From Selaginella moellendorffii (taxonomy: Eukaryota; Plantae; Lycopodiophyta): a stretch of 64,000 bases of DNA. The DNA lies in contig NW_003314324.1 in assembly GCF_000143415.4 (NCBI RefSeq), positions 571,379 to 635,378 on the forward strand. The letters are read 5' to 3'. Every line of letters starts with the position of its first letter. Position 1 is the stretch's first letter. The notes under the pieces are model-generated. The model did no database searches and was not told the DNA's origin. It saw nothing but the letters and a program-made list of their open reading frames with translations. Both the position numbers and the translations under genes were made by a program. This document shows, piece after piece, positions 35,062-47,900 of the stretch.

Positions 35062-36307
35062 ATGGGAGGCCCATCGACGAACAATGTGGACGTGGGATTT
35101 CCCTTTGTAGACTCGTCCGGCTTGGGTATGACGTACGCAGGCTTCTCCAAGCTCAAGCAGGAGCTCCCTGCTAGTCTCGTCACTGCCGCGGGCCACTCGA
35201 GCTCTCGTCCGCCATGGACGATACCTCCTCTCGGCCCTGGCTGTACAGCAGCGCAAGCCACTTCCACCGCCGCATTCCCAGAGCTCGCGGTAGCATCGTC
35301 GCAGCACGGCCAGTTCGTCACAAAGCAGGATCACGTCTCCTCTCTACTGCACGCTAGCGGTGGCGGTGGCGGTGGTGGTTCTTCCGCTCCTGGCCGCTTC
35401 CACGATCTACACGGCTCCTCCTCGCCCTTCTCGACACTCCCTTACGATCTCTACAAGTCTGGGGCGCTGGCTTCCTCCTCGTCGAGCGGCTATGGAGTGG
35501 GGTTGAGCTACAAGGACCGTGGCAGGCACCACTACCCTCTGCAGTACAATGGGGGGTCCCTTGTTCTGGATCACAACCGGAGCGAGCTTATCAATCTGTC
35601 GAAGATGACCCCGCAAGAGATAATTGATGCAAAGGCGCTGGCAGCATCCAAGAGCCACAGCGAAGCGGAGCGAAGGAGACGTGAGCGAATAAACAACCAT
35701 CTCAACACTTTGCGGGGCCTTCTCCCGAGCACCACCAAGGTAGTGTGGTCTTCGCTTTCGTTGTCGTTCGTACTGCTGCTACTGTGAAAGCAAAAAGCTC
35801 ACGGCTTGGTGTTTTGCTGCGCAGACAGACAAAGCGTCGCTGCTGGCCGAGGTGATCGAGCACGTCAAAGATCTCAAGCGACAGGCCGCGGAGATTGCCG
35901 AGGGCGGGCCGGTCCCGACGGACGTAGACGAGCTCAAGGTGGACACGGACGCGTCCAGCAGCGATGGCAACTTCGTGCTCAAGGCGTCGCTGTGCTGCGA
36001 GGACCGCCCCGACCTCCTCTCGGATCTCACCAAGGCGCTGCGGACGCTCAAGCTCAGGACGCTCAAGGCCGAGATCGCGACGCTGGGTGGGCGCGTCAAG
36101 AATGTGATCCTCATCGGCAAGGACCACAGCGACGAACAAGGCGGCGCCGCCATGGAATCCAGCAGTGATGGGACCGGCGACCGGCCGAGCGTGAGCTGCG
36201 TCCAAGAGGCACTGAGGGCAGTGATCGAGCGATCTAGCGAGCTCTCGACGTCGGCCTACGGCTCTAGCAAGCGCCAGAAGATGGGCTCATCCTCCTCGTC
36301 CTACTAA
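35062..36307 (+). CDS. bHLH transcription factor subgroup Vb (TMO5/bHLH30/32-like) with ACT-like domain
   Basis: KMTPQEIIDAKALAASKSHSEAERRRRERINNHL..TK|TDKASLLAEVIEHVK..VPTDVDEL..KASLCCEDRPDLL..EIATLGGRVKNV; exons 35062-35739 and 35825-36307. Start ATG inferred. Confidence 0.93.
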
Positions 36308-36665
36308 ATAACGGTGATCGATCCGAGCTCTATAGATCTCTCTCGAGACAAAGGTATGTTTCGTGTTCGTTGCTTCCGTTGTCTTCTGGTGTGATCGTGT
36401 ATCTCCTTGTTATTCTCTTCCCTTTCTTTCTTTGCTTTTCTTTCGTCCTGGCTCCTCTCCTTCCTTTTGGTTTTGTATTGGTTTGTGGTGTTTTGTGTTG
36501 GTATTTGAATAAGCGTTTCTGGGTATATGCGTGGCATTCCATCATGGTTGCCAGCACTGCTTTATTCTTTTTTTGTTTTTCTCTAAAAAGATGAAGTTGA
36601 CTAGAGCTCTATGGTTAAAGCAGCTTCCACGTGGATCGTATATTTTGTGCCACGTAGCCAAACAT

Positions 36666-38741
36666 TTAGGGCTCTTCATCTTCTTCCTCTTCCACTCGGC
36701 CCACATCGAAGTAGAGGTTGGCGAGGAGGATGTAGAGTCCAGCAGGGTCGCCACGCTCCAGTGCGATCGCTTGCACGGCGGCATTGACTGCAAGCTCTGT
36801 GTTCTTGTGGATCCGGCATGCTGCCAGCAGCGTCGTCCAGACGATCACAGTGGGCTCGAATGGCATTGCTGCGATGAGCTCCTCCGCCTCGTCAAGGTAG
36901 CCCAGGCGTCCCAGGAGATCAACGATGCAAACGTAGTGCGTCACATCATGCGTGATCCGGTAATCGGACCTTACTGCCACGAATTGGCTCCAGCACTCGC
37001 GGCGCAGACCACCGTGAGCACAGATCGAGAGCACGCTCGTGAAAGTGATCTGATCCGGCTGGATTCCCTCGAGAGTCATCAGAGCTAAGAGATCCAAAGT
37101 TTCTCTGCAATGCCCATTCTGGGCATATGCGGCGAGTAGCGCATTCCAAGAGATCCTATTTCTACGAGGAATATCACGGAAAACCCAGAGGGCGGAATCG
37201 AGTCTCCCACACTTGCCATACACGTTGATGATCGCATTGCCGACCTTGGCATCCACTGCGAATATGCCAGTGTCGACGGACCGGCGGTGGAGCTGGCGGC
37301 CCTCGGGGAGCGCCGAGACGGCCACGCAAGCGTCCAGCGCGCTCACGAAGGTTACCTCGTTCGGCGGGATGCCCTCAAGGTCCATCTTTCGAAGAATCTT
37401 GAGAGATTCCCTGCCATGCCCTTGTTGGGCATATGCGGAGATTAGCGTTGTCCAAGAAATAACGCTTCTCACGGGCATCTGCTCGAAGATCTCCAGCGCC
37501 GTCTCCATTCGGCTGCACTTCGTGTAGAGCGAGAGAAGCGCATTACCGATCTTGAGGCCGAGGGTTGACCGTAACCCATTGACCAACCTTTGACCATTGA
37601 CCGTGCAATGCTGGATGGCGACCTTGTGGATGGCCTCGCCCTCGACTAAGGCTCCGGCGTTAGCGCAAGCGTCGATAACCGTGACAAAAGTGCCCTCGTC
37701 CGGCACCACATTTCTCCGGAGCATCAAACCAAAGATCTCCAAAACATCCTGGAAATGCCCCGCTTGGGAGTACGACATGATCATACAGTTCCACGAGACG
37801 AGGTTCTTGTCGGGCATCTCGTCAAACACGCGCCTTGCTTGACCAAGATCCCCAGTCGAGGCATATGCGACCAGGAGTGTAGTCCACGCGACCACGTCCC
37901 GGACGGGCAGCGAGTTAAACACCAACCTTGCCTCTCCTACCGCGCCACACTTTCCGTACATGTCCATGACTGCGTTGCCCACTTTGGTCTCGGTCCAGAA
38001 CTGACCGGCTCGTACGTGCATTTGCCGCCCCTCGGAAAGCAGCCTGGTCTCCGCGCAAGCGGCCAGGGCGCACAGTACGGTCACGTGGTCGGGCCGCAAC
38101 CCCTCCAGCTCCATCGTACGGAATGTCCGTATCGCATCCCTGCCGTGCCCAGATTGGGCATATGCCGCGACCATCGTGTTCCAGGACACCACATCTCTCT
38201 CTTTCATGGAGTGGAAGATTCTCTTGGCTGAGAGTATATCCCCGTTCTGGGAATATGCCGTGATCATGGCGTTCCACGAGACGGTATCTCTGTCTGGCAT
38301 GGAATCGAAGATCTCTTTTGCCTTGCGCAGATGCCCGTTTTGGGCATATGCCGAGATCATTGCGTTTGATCCGATGACGCTGAATTGGGGGCGGCGGTCG
38401 AAGAGGTCTTGAGCGCTCTGGAGATTCCCATTCTCGAGGAACGCGACGATGATGAGATTCCAGGAGTAGATGTTTTGGGTGTGGATGCTGGCGAATGCGC
38501 GTTGCGCCTCTGCGATGCAGCCGCATTTGCCATACATCTGGATAAGGAGGTGACCGAGGAATCGGCTCCCTTCTAGGCTTAGTTCCACGATTCTCTTGTG
38601 GATTTGTTTGCCCTGGGATAGATCCCTCGTCTTGATGCATTGCCGAAGGAGTGGCGCGAGCTCGCGCTCCAAATCTTCTCGGTGGCGGAGAGGAGGATTA
38701 GCGACAGAAGCTTGGCTCATGAAATGGAGCGCCTGGCGCAT
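36666..38741 (-). CDS. PLS-class pentatricopeptide repeat protein with E domain
   Basis: Intronless P-L-S repeats (VSWNAMITAYSQNG, PNEVTFVSALDAC); C-terminal HYVCIVDLLGRLG..MPFEPTVIVWTTLLAACRIH; no DYW domain. Confidence 0.95.
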   Translation of the reverse strand: MRQALHFMSQASVANPPLRHREDLERELAPLLRQCIKTRDLSQGKQIHKRIVELSLEGSRFLGHLLIQMYGKCGCIAEAQRAFASIHTQNIYSWNLIIVAFLENGNLQSAQDLFDRRPQFSVIGSNAMISAYAQNGHLRKAKEIFDSMPDRDTVSWNAMITAYSQNGDILSAKRIFHSMKERDVVSWNTMVAAYAQSGHGRDAIRTFRTMELEGLRPDHVTVLCALAACAETRLLSEGRQMHVRAGQFWTETKVGNAVMDMYGKCGAVGEARLVFNSLPVRDVVAWTTLLVAYASTGDLGQARRVFDEMPDKNLVSWNCMIMSYSQAGHFQDVLEIFGLMLRRNVVPDEGTFVTVIDACANAGALVEGEAIHKVAIQHCTVNGQRLVNGLRSTLGLKIGNALLSLYTKCSRMETALEIFEQMPVRSVISWTTLISAYAQQGHGRESLKILRKMDLEGIPPNEVTFVSALDACVAVSALPEGRQLHRRSVDTGIFAVDAKVGNAIINVYGKCGRLDSALWVFRDIPRRNRISWNALLAAYAQNGHCRETLDLLALMTLEGIQPDQITFTSVLSICAHGGLRRECWSQFVAVRSDYRITHDVTHYVCIVDLLGRLGYLDEAEELIAAMPFEPTVIVWTTLLAACRIHKNTELAVNAAVQAIALERGDPAGLYILLANLYFDVGRVEEEEDEEP

Positions 38742-38843
38742 CTAATGGATGTGGCCATCGTTCTCATTCATCGCGTCATTCCCTCCTCTCAATCTTTGAC
38801 TGGGCTGACTAGGAAGCTCTAGAACTGAGTTTAGGGTTCTTCT

Positions 38844-40433
38844 ATGCACGAGCAGATAGAGGAGCTCCTGGGAGCGCCAGATTCCGCAACATACGCTGCT
38901 TTGCTCCAGAGATTTGGCTCCCTGAAGCGATTGGAAGAGGGGCAGCGAGTTCACTTCCACATTTGCGAGCGCGGCTACGATGGCGACACATTTCTGGGCA
39001 ATCTTGTCGCACAGATGTATGGGCGATGCGGGGAGGCATCCCAGGCGCGACGAGCCTTTGATCGGATCAAGCGGCCGGATCTCTTCTCGTGGAACATCAT
39101 GCTCCAGGCATACTCCCAGTGTGGGGAGATTGACAACGCGAAGCTCGTCTTCGATTCTATGCCGGAGAAGAATGTGATTTCGTGGAACGCAATGCTGAGC
39201 GCATTCTCGCGGCATGGGATGGTCACGGAGGCTGAAGAACTCTTCGATCGATTGCCTGATCGAAATACCGTGTCTTGGAACGCTATGCTTTCAGCATATG
39301 CCACAAATGGTCATTTGGAGAAGGCAAAGCTTTTCTTTGGTTTGATTCCTTTCCCTTTGAAAAACGTTGTGACATGGAATGCGATGGTGGCGGCTTTGGC
39401 TCAAAGCGGAAGAAAGATAGATGCTCTTGCAATGTTTTGGGCGATGAATGTGGAAGGAGTTAAAGCGAATGCTGTGACTTTCATCAGTGTCTTGGAGGCG
39501 TGCGTCGATCTAGCAGTAGGAAAAATGCTTCACGCCGTTATTGTCAATGCAGGATTGGATTCGGATTTCAAAGTGAAGAACGCTCTCCTGAACATGCATT
39601 GGAAGTGCGGCGATATGGATGGAGCAAAACGTTTGTTTGATGGTCTCTCGAATCCAAACATTATCTCATGGACTGCAATGATCGGAGCATACGTCCAAAG
39701 TGCTCATCTTGATCAAGCCATTGCCATGTTTAGCGTTGCTCCGGAGAAATCCGTTGTCACCTGGAACACCGTAATCGCTGGGTATGCCCAAAACGGGCAT
39801 CCCAACGATGCCATCCTCGTGTTCAAGACGATGGATCTTGAAGGGGAGGCTCCAAACTCCGTGAGCTTTGTTTGTGTACTGAACGCCTGCTCGAACATAC
39901 CATCTCTTTCACAAACCAAAACCATCCACGAAGTTGCAATCGAGTGTAATCTCCACGAGACTGCCGCCGTCGCAACCGCCCTGGTCACCACGTATGGTAA
40001 ATGCGGCAGCGTTGAGAAAGCGTGGAGCTCGTTTAGACACATGCCTCGCAAGGACTTGGTGGCCTGGTCTGCGATGGTCAGAACATATGCCCAAAACGGG
40101 CATACCGCCAGGAGTTTGGAGACTTTCCATTCCATGCTACAGCACGGTATACAGCCTGACGACGTTGTGCTTGTGAGCGTGCTGGCGGCATGCAGCCACG
40201 CCGGCGAGCTGCATCTCGGCTTGCAATACTTTCGCTCGCTCACTGGCGACTACGGCCACAAAATCCCGTGCAAGGACCACTACTTGTGCCTCGTCGATCT
40301 CGTTTGCCGCTCCGGTGACCTTGGAAGCACGGTGTCACTGATTGAGGCGGTGGAGCTGGAGGCTGGGGTGTCGATCTTCCAGACTACTGGAAATTTGGGG
40401 GAAATCCAGTTTGAGTTCGAGACGGCAGCATGA
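38844..40433 (+). CDS. PLS-class PPR protein, truncated at the start of the E region
   Basis: Intronless PLS repeats. Ends HYLCLVDLVCRSG..LIEAVELEAGVS and then diverges, lacking the W..LL.AC..H motif. Confidence 0.9.
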   Translation: MHEQIEELLGAPDSATYAALLQRFGSLKRLEEGQRVHFHICERGYDGDTFLGNLVAQMYGRCGEASQARRAFDRIKRPDLFSWNIMLQAYSQCGEIDNAKLVFDSMPEKNVISWNAMLSAFSRHGMVTEAEELFDRLPDRNTVSWNAMLSAYATNGHLEKAKLFFGLIPFPLKNVVTWNAMVAALAQSGRKIDALAMFWAMNVEGVKANAVTFISVLEACVDLAVGKMLHAVIVNAGLDSDFKVKNALLNMHWKCGDMDGAKRLFDGLSNPNIISWTAMIGAYVQSAHLDQAIAMFSVAPEKSVVTWNTVIAGYAQNGHPNDAILVFKTMDLEGEAPNSVSFVCVLNACSNIPSLSQTKTIHEVAIECNLHETAAVATALVTTYGKCGSVEKAWSSFRHMPRKDLVAWSAMVRTYAQNGHTARSLETFHSMLQHGIQPDDVVLVSVLAACSHAGELHLGLQYFRSLTGDYGHKIPCKDHYLCLVDLVCRSGDLGSTVSLIEAVELEAGVSIFQTTGNLGEIQFEFETAA

Positions 40434-41383
40434 GGAAAGTCGAAGAATCCGGAGGAATTCGGCGGTCAACGGTAGGTGAGGACTTTGACCAAGCAGTCCA
40501 CCCCAAGTCAAAAGGTGGAATATATCCTGGCATCGTATCCACGCACCACCGACAGACAAGCAGGGATTAAGGCCATGCCCTGACGTGGACGCCACCAACA
40601 ACAACATGCCCTTAGAAGAGAGTTTGTACGTTAGGCCGTGTCGGTCTGTCCGAGGATAAAAAGCAAAGCACTAAAACAATGCCAACCGAACAAATTATTT
40701 GACCCTTGCTAGCATTGCTGGAAAGGAAGTACGGGCGAAATTTGTACGGCGGACAAGGCTCCATGCCTCGCAAAGATTGCGGCACACAGGCACCACCGCC
40801 ACAAGAAGGGATCTCCCAACAAGTGGTGGAGAATAATCAAGCTGACGGGGTCCCCGCCGTTGGATTTGCCACGTGGGCGCGTCGCGGCCGTTGGGAGCGC
40901 TTGCCCTAAGGGATAATGGCTGACAATGACGAGTTTCCAAATTACATCCAAATGATTAGGGCAGGCACAATGCCACGTGTATCCAGGCAAGATCCTTCTC
41001 CGGCTCGTATTCTCGTTTCGTGGGGAAGGACATGAGGAGCTCCGGCGCGGCGCTCTCTCGGTGATGGCGGCATTCGATCGCCTGGTCGGTGTGCTTGGAA
41101 TTCGCCTCGATTCGCGTCGCGGCGTGGGATTCTGGCGATAGTCTCCCGCATTCGCAGCTCCTGGATGCGAAATATCGTCGCGGGAGGGGCACATTCTCGC
41201 GGCGGGGGCGTGGATTCGAGCGCTGGGAGCTGCAATGCGAGGTAACTCGCCGATCTTTCTCTCGCATTCTCGATATTTCGTCCGAATGCCGGCGGCTTCT
41301 TTGGTCTTGGCAGGGTACGAGAATGCGTAGGGGCTTTTGGATTGGATTGGGATCGCGTTTGATCGTGACTTAGGCTCGGCTGG

Positions 41384-43127
41384 ATGAAGGTAAGATATAA
41401 AGATTTTGAGAGTTTCTCCACAAAGCGAGCGAGCACTCATGGTTTTCTTCTTTTAAAAAATCTATCCTCTGGGCAGAATACTGACACGAGAAGTGACACG
41501 TTTTGGCAATATCCCTGGGATTCTAAAGAGGAATCGACCCCTCTAATGCATCTGGATGGTGTGGAGGCCGCCGTTGGATCATCAAACTTTGCCGCTGCTC
41601 GAGACGATATGGCGTCGTGGCTACACTTGGACGACCCGAATTGTGGCACTCAGCTCTTTGCTGGTGCCGGGGGCTCGGCAGATCGACCATGCTCGTCGCT
41701 ACAAGTTTTCCGAGATCCCCGGATCCAGCAAAGTTTCGGGACAGATCTACAGAAGCAGCCGAGAGGCAACAATGCTGATGCCGCTCTCGCGCTAGCCGCT
41801 GGACGAGCGGCGGGCTTTGTGCCTCAAACTGGCGGTGTCCAAACGTTTAACAAGTCGAGAACAGTGTGCCAGCCATCGACAACTCGGCCTCACTCAACTC
41901 AAGCAAGGCCACCATTCCAGGATCCATCAAGTTTCCCGAGCTCGTCCTCGTCTCGGCCTCTAGTGGGGAGCTTCCCCCAGTTTTCTTTGTCCGCGGCAAC
42001 GACGTCTACACGGGTCGCGGCAAAGACATGGAAAGCTCAGGAAGCTACTTCTTTGGAATCGGACAGGAGTACGTTGGAGTGTAGAAGTTGGAGGCCGAGC
42101 GACGAGAATGCGCCAAGTGAGACGGATATCACAGGTTCGGATATGAACTGCAGCTACGATACAAAGAACTCTGGCAGGACTTTGGGGAATGCAAATGATA
42201 GTTCCTTCACAGCTACCACGGGTGGATCACGGAGCGATAAGACCGACAGGGACTGCAAAAGAGTAGACGTCGAGGACACGGCGGGGTGTCAAATTAGAGT
42301 AAGCGTTTCTTTCTCTCATTCATTCATGTTGGTGTTTTTAATGCTTTTCTTATGATCTGATAGAGGGACAAGAAGCCTCCCAAGGGGTCCAAAAGAAGTA
42401 GAGCAGCAGAAGTTCACAATCTCTCTGAGCGGGTATTTTGGAAGTTCTCAAGTTGTGATGGATTCTATTTTAATTCTTCTTTTCTAATTCTTTGTTCATG
42501 TGGCAACAGAAGCGGAGGGACAGGATAAACGAGAGAATGAAAGCTTTACAGGAACTGATACCAAACTCTAATAAGGTGAGGAAGAGACTCTAATAGTTTT
42601 TCTAAAACCACTGTTTCTTTTTCTCTTTTGTTTTAGACTGACAAGGCGTCCATGTTGGACGAGGCGATTGAATACCTTAAGTTACTTCAACATCAACTAC
42701 AGGTGGTCTGTCGAAGTTCGTGGCTCGATTCTAAAAGTGCTTTTCCGTTTGTACCAGATGATGTCCATGAGAAGCGGGATGATGTTCCCAATGGTTCCTC
42801 CCGTTTCATCACCATACGGTGTGGGAGTACGCCTGGTAGACGTGGCCGGGCACCATTTCCCACAGCATCCGGGACTCCATTTCAATGCTGGAGCTCCTCC
42901 CACGAATACTCAATTCCCGCAGGTCTGTCTTCGCTTTTCAGAGCTTTTCTAAAGCGTAGCACTAACGCGTGCGTGCCATCCAGGGAGTGAGCACCGATTT
43001 GTACAATGCGCACTTGATGACCCACCATCAACAGCAACTCCAGATCCAAATTCAGCAACAGCAGCAGCAGCAGCAAAACCAGCAGCCAAGTTCTTCCCAG
43101 CCGCAAAAGCCCGAGAGTCATCAATGA
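41384..43127 (+). CDS. PIF-like bHLH transcription factor (subgroup VIIa)
   Basis: KRSRAAEVHNLSER|KRRDRINERMKALQELIPNSNK|TDKASMLDEAIEYLKLLQHQLQ|MMSM; upstream DDMASWLH motif; Q-rich C-terminus. Start codon uncertain (41384 or 41546). Confidence 0.9.
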
Positions 43128-43364
43128 AAAATCGATGAAGATTCGAAGGCTTCATTCTTGTTTTCCAGCCAAATCCAGGATAAAATGGCTGGAATTCCAT
43201 CCATACCGAAGAACGAAGAACAAGCGAAAGACCGCTTGCTTTGCTCGTTTTGTGCTCGTTTGCTTTGTACAGCGCAAAGTTTTGCCACGTTATAGAGAAC
43301 AAAAGTAACTACCAATCGTGGTTATAGTTTTAGGGCAGAAGAGAGAAGAAGGAGGGAAATTTCT

Positions 43365-44601
43365 ATGGTGCTCTTGCATTTCAAGCAGGGCGATGATCGC
43401 CAGTTCTTGTTCGAGGCGCCTGGCGCCGAGTGCGTCGATGCGATCGTCAGGGATGTCGTCGCCGTGAATAATCTCCAGCTCCGGATTCTCCATCTGGTCC
43501 AGGAATGCGGGCAGCTGCTGGAGTATGGGCCGATCAAATCCAAGGAGGAGCAAGAACAGGAGGAGGAGGAGGAAGATGAGGGTAATTCCACTGGCGCCAG
43601 TAGCTCTTCTTCTCGTAAGGAAAGAGGGCCGTTCTACAAGAAGGATCCAAGCGGTCGTCGGACTGGAGAAGGTAAATTTTAGATTGTTCCTTGTTCGTTC
43701 TTTCATGTTACGTGACTATATTATTTCTCAAAGCTTGCGATCCCAATGTGGGTGAGACGCTCAAGAGAACGCTATCGGACGCAGAGACTAGCGTTTCGAA
43801 AGTAAGTGATTGCCACATTTTAGTTTTTTTCTTTGATCAGTTATCCATATCTTCTTTGCTTCTTAGGATCAAGTGCTTTACAAAGTCCCGCTGTCCAGTT
43901 TTTTCCTCAAGGAGATGATCCAGAACATCAAAGGCGCTGTGATGATCTGCTATCCGCAGGGACTTCCCAGGCACGACCCTGTGCAGCAGCAACTTACTGG
44001 AACTTTTGAAGGTAAGTATGCCAGTTCTTTTCTGTCACCATCTTGCTAAGATTTTTCTTAAGGCAGGCATGGAAACTTTAAATTCGGCTACTGCGCAGCT
44101 ATGGTGGGCAGGAAAAGAGCTCATGCGTGACAAAAGACTTGCGGATTACGTCGGGAAGAATGACAAGACAAAGGTTGGAAGCTTTCTTTGATAGTACATT
44201 GACCTGACGTCCTTTTTGTTTATTTTTTGTGTATAAAGATCATTGCCAAGCTTCAAGAAAGAGGCCGTGGGGCTCCTATGCGTGAGCCTGTAAGCTCTTT
44301 ATTTTTCTCGGCATTGTTTCACTGTTTAATTGTTCTGTTTTTTTTCTTGAGAAGCCAGTAGATGCGGAGACTCAAAAGGCCATGATGTCTTGGTATTACA
44401 AAAGGCAGCAAGAAGAAAAGGTCATTGGCTTCTATTATTTACGCTTTTCTTGGCCTGCAATAGCTGACTTCTTTTCTCGCAAACGCTGCTTTGCAGACTC
44501 TAAAAGAGAACACAGACGACTCCTACACAAACTCTGAGTGGGCGAATCCACAAGCTCTGAAAGCTCACTTCCACGGGACGAGCAACATTCGATTCAGATA
44601 A
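43365..44601 (+). CDS. CFAP298: Cilia- and flagella-associated protein 298 (C21orf59/Kurly/FBB18)
   Basis: MVLLHFKQGDDRQFLFE..KKDPSGRRTG..IKGAVMICYPQGLP.HDPV..AQLWWAGKEL..LADYVGKNDKTKIIAKLQ..GAPMREP..QKAMMSWYYKRQ..DDSYTNSEWANPQALK; 7 exons. Confidence 0.93.
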
Positions 44602-44976
44602 ATAAGTAATAGTGAGCAAATTGACCTTATTTCCAATAGTGTCCCTCGCTAACGACTGTTGATTAGCCACTTGGACGCATTTAACGACGTAAAATGTGAC
44701 AATTTGGACAAACAGCTTCTGAACAAAATATAATGTACGTAACCAAAAGTTTCACTAGCTACGAGCTTACATCATTGCTTCTGTTCTTCTGCTGAATTTG
44801 TCACCAGTGTTATGCATGCTTTCGTCCTCTGAGATGCCAAGGCACACCGGACAACTTCGCTAAAACAAAAAAAGGACGCGGCCATTAGGACAACTCTCGC
44901 GTGACAGAGTGTCGTAGGAGGAAGTCTAGATCCAGAGAAACCGAGGCTTTTTAGCTAGCAGGGCGGACGATGATAG

Positions 44977-47900
44977 ATGATGGCATCAAAAAAACGTTCT
45001 CACAACTTTGCGGCGGCACGAACACCAGCTCAAATCGAAAAAATTGTCCTCTCCACCGTCGGGAGCTATATCTTGGATCAGTTGCTGGACAGCGATCGAC
45101 GAGCAGAGCACAAGAAGCTTTGCACGGAAGCACTGGTGCAACACAGCAACAACGAAGGAGGCTATGTCGACTATGCCGAGCAAGCGGTGCTGGCGAACCT
45201 GGACTGGGGGATCGAGGCAGTGGAGGAAGCGATACGAACTCCACACGAGGAGACGAAGAGCGCGAGGCTGCAGCACGCCGAGAAGATGCTACAAGTTTGT
45301 GCGCTGCTCGACGTGAGAAGTGAGATAGCAGGGATTCCAGGGACGTATCTATCGGCTTGGGGATCGCTTATTCTCTCCTACGTGTGGAAGCTACGGAACG
45401 ATGACCGGAAGGCTGCCGTTTGCGTGCTCGATATGTTCCTGGTGGATCCTCGGTCGGCTAGAGTCAAGTTTGCCCCTCAGCTATGGGACCAGTTGTTCCA
45501 GCCTCATCTTACAAGCATCAAAGGGTGGTATTCTCTTCAACGACATCGTATCAAGATGGCCGAGTCCGACGACGTTTCTTACTCGTTCCAGTCGAGAGAG
45601 GAAGACGGAGAAGAGGATTTGCTGACTCTGGAACAAAAAGAGCAGCTGGAAGGGGTCGAGGGGCTTTACCAGGCTAGTCTGGACGATCACACACGGGAGT
45701 TTGCACAGCATTACAAGGACTGGCTAACTCTCACGGCCGATTCTCTGAAGAAGCGCGTTCCTCCACTTATGCCGATCGCGGAACCACCAATGACACCCGT
45801 TCACGAGCTCGCAATCTTCAATCGGAAGAATGTCGAGAACCAAAGGTAGTGAAGTACGTCAGCATTATAAGTTTCTAACATATGTTTCTTTTGCAGCCTG
45901 AAAACTTATGAAAGTTGTACTTTAAGCAGTGATAATACACAACCAGAGGTTGAGAATGTTAAAAGCAACAAAGCAGACGGTAGCGATGAAGTTTTCAATC
46001 ACATATCTATGGAAACTAAGAGCTCTCCTTCGACGAGGTACTACGAATATGAAGTTATTGATTGTGGCCCCCTGACTCGATTGCATTGCAGCTTATTTGC
46101 AAGTACGCCTCCCAAAGATTTTGTCTGTCCAATCACGAACCAGATATTTGACGACCCTGTCACTTTGGAAACTGGCCAAACTTACGAGAGAAAGGCCATC
46201 AAGGAGTGGCTAAGTCGGGGAAATGTAACCTGTCCCATGAGCCGGCAACCTCTGATCAAGGTAGCACTTCCTAGAACAAACTATATTCTTAAAAGGTTGA
46301 TATCGGACTGGAAAGCAGAGTCAACTCAGTTTTCTATAAAGGATTCCCCTCAGACTACGAATAACGATTACTTTCCCACGTCTTCAGGCAGTTTGACAGA
46401 TGCAGGCCTGACGGGGTTAGAGAAACTAAAGATGTCTTTGGAGACTCTTAGCAGACTGGATAATCTTACTGATTGCGAAGCAGCGGTGCGGACAATCTGT
46501 CAGTTCTGGGAGGAAGTCCACGGAAACGAAGACGTCACTGTCCTGCTCACGGAACCGAGAGTTATCGACGCTCTCATGGAAACTATATGCAAGTCGAGTT
46601 CGGTGGAGGTTCAAAAGGAAGCAGTAGACATTCTAATTGAACTAGTTCACAGGGATGAGCACACAAGGCAGACCATCTTGACTATAGACCCAGGCCTCCA
46701 ACGCATGCAAAAGCTCTTGAAAGAAGGTTTAGTCGACTTGACAGTGTTGCTGCTTCAGCTGAGGCTTTTTCTTCCCGACATCGCGATGGCCGATTTGCTA
46801 CCGCACTTGGTAGCTGTCATCAAACAAAGCAGGGAGTCGACAATTAGCGATGGTTTCTTCCAGAGCAGCATCAAACCGAAGGCCGCTGCAGTCACAATGC
46901 TTGAGCATGTACTCTCGAGCATAGAACTGGAAAGGAACTCTGTAAACATCAAGACGCTCGTCTCTTTGACAGCGGTTCCAGCTCTCATCGAAAGCCTGAA
47001 CACGAAGGATAAAAAGGAAAGAGTAGCTGCGGTGTCGATATTACTCAGGTGTGTGCGAGCCGACGAGGACGCTAGAACTTTCGTCTCTCAAGCCGATCAC
47101 TTAACTTTGGTGCTGAAAGTTCTCCACAGTGCCGATAAAGTGGCAAGGGCAAGAACTATTGCGCTCCTTATGGAACTTGTTCGATCACACAAGTAAGCTT
47201 TTCGCTCAATATACATTAACACAAAACCATGACAGGAAAACATCTCGTCTACAAATTCTCGGGCTTATAAAAACTGAAGGCTGTGTGAGCAGCATGCACG
47301 CGCTTCTGATGCACCTCCAAGTTGCACCACTGGAGCAGCAAATACTTACAGCAGGCCTTCTAATGCAGCTAGATTTACTGGTAAAAGATTGCAAGTTTGA
47401 GCGTTTTTGGTTTCTAACGTGTTTTAATAACGCAGGGAGAGCCTCGGAAAGATAGCGTGTACACGGAAGAAGCAATGGACACACTACTTAAGGCAATAAA
47501 GAACAAAGATCGGCTATCTTTGCAAGTGGAAGCAGCTCGTACTATCATATGCATAGTCGGGAGATTTTCTTCTTCGGGTAAACCAGTGCTGAGATCCTGG
47601 CTTATAAAAGCGTCGAAAACAAAGCCAACTAAAAATTATCAGCAGGTAACGTTTGTAATTCCCGACTGAGTGGCCGATTACCGACTTACAGGATGACTGG
47701 GACAAGAAAGTTGCGAGAGCTCTGCTGGACTATGAGAATGGAACTTTGCTGGAAGTGCTAGCTGAAAATGTACTTGACGAGGCATTGGAGCTCGCGACAC
47801 CCTGCATAACAATCGCGACGTGGTTACTCTACATGGCAGGTGAACTACCTGAAACGGGACTCTGGATTCAAGCTCGCAAACTCTTACTGCCCCGATACAT

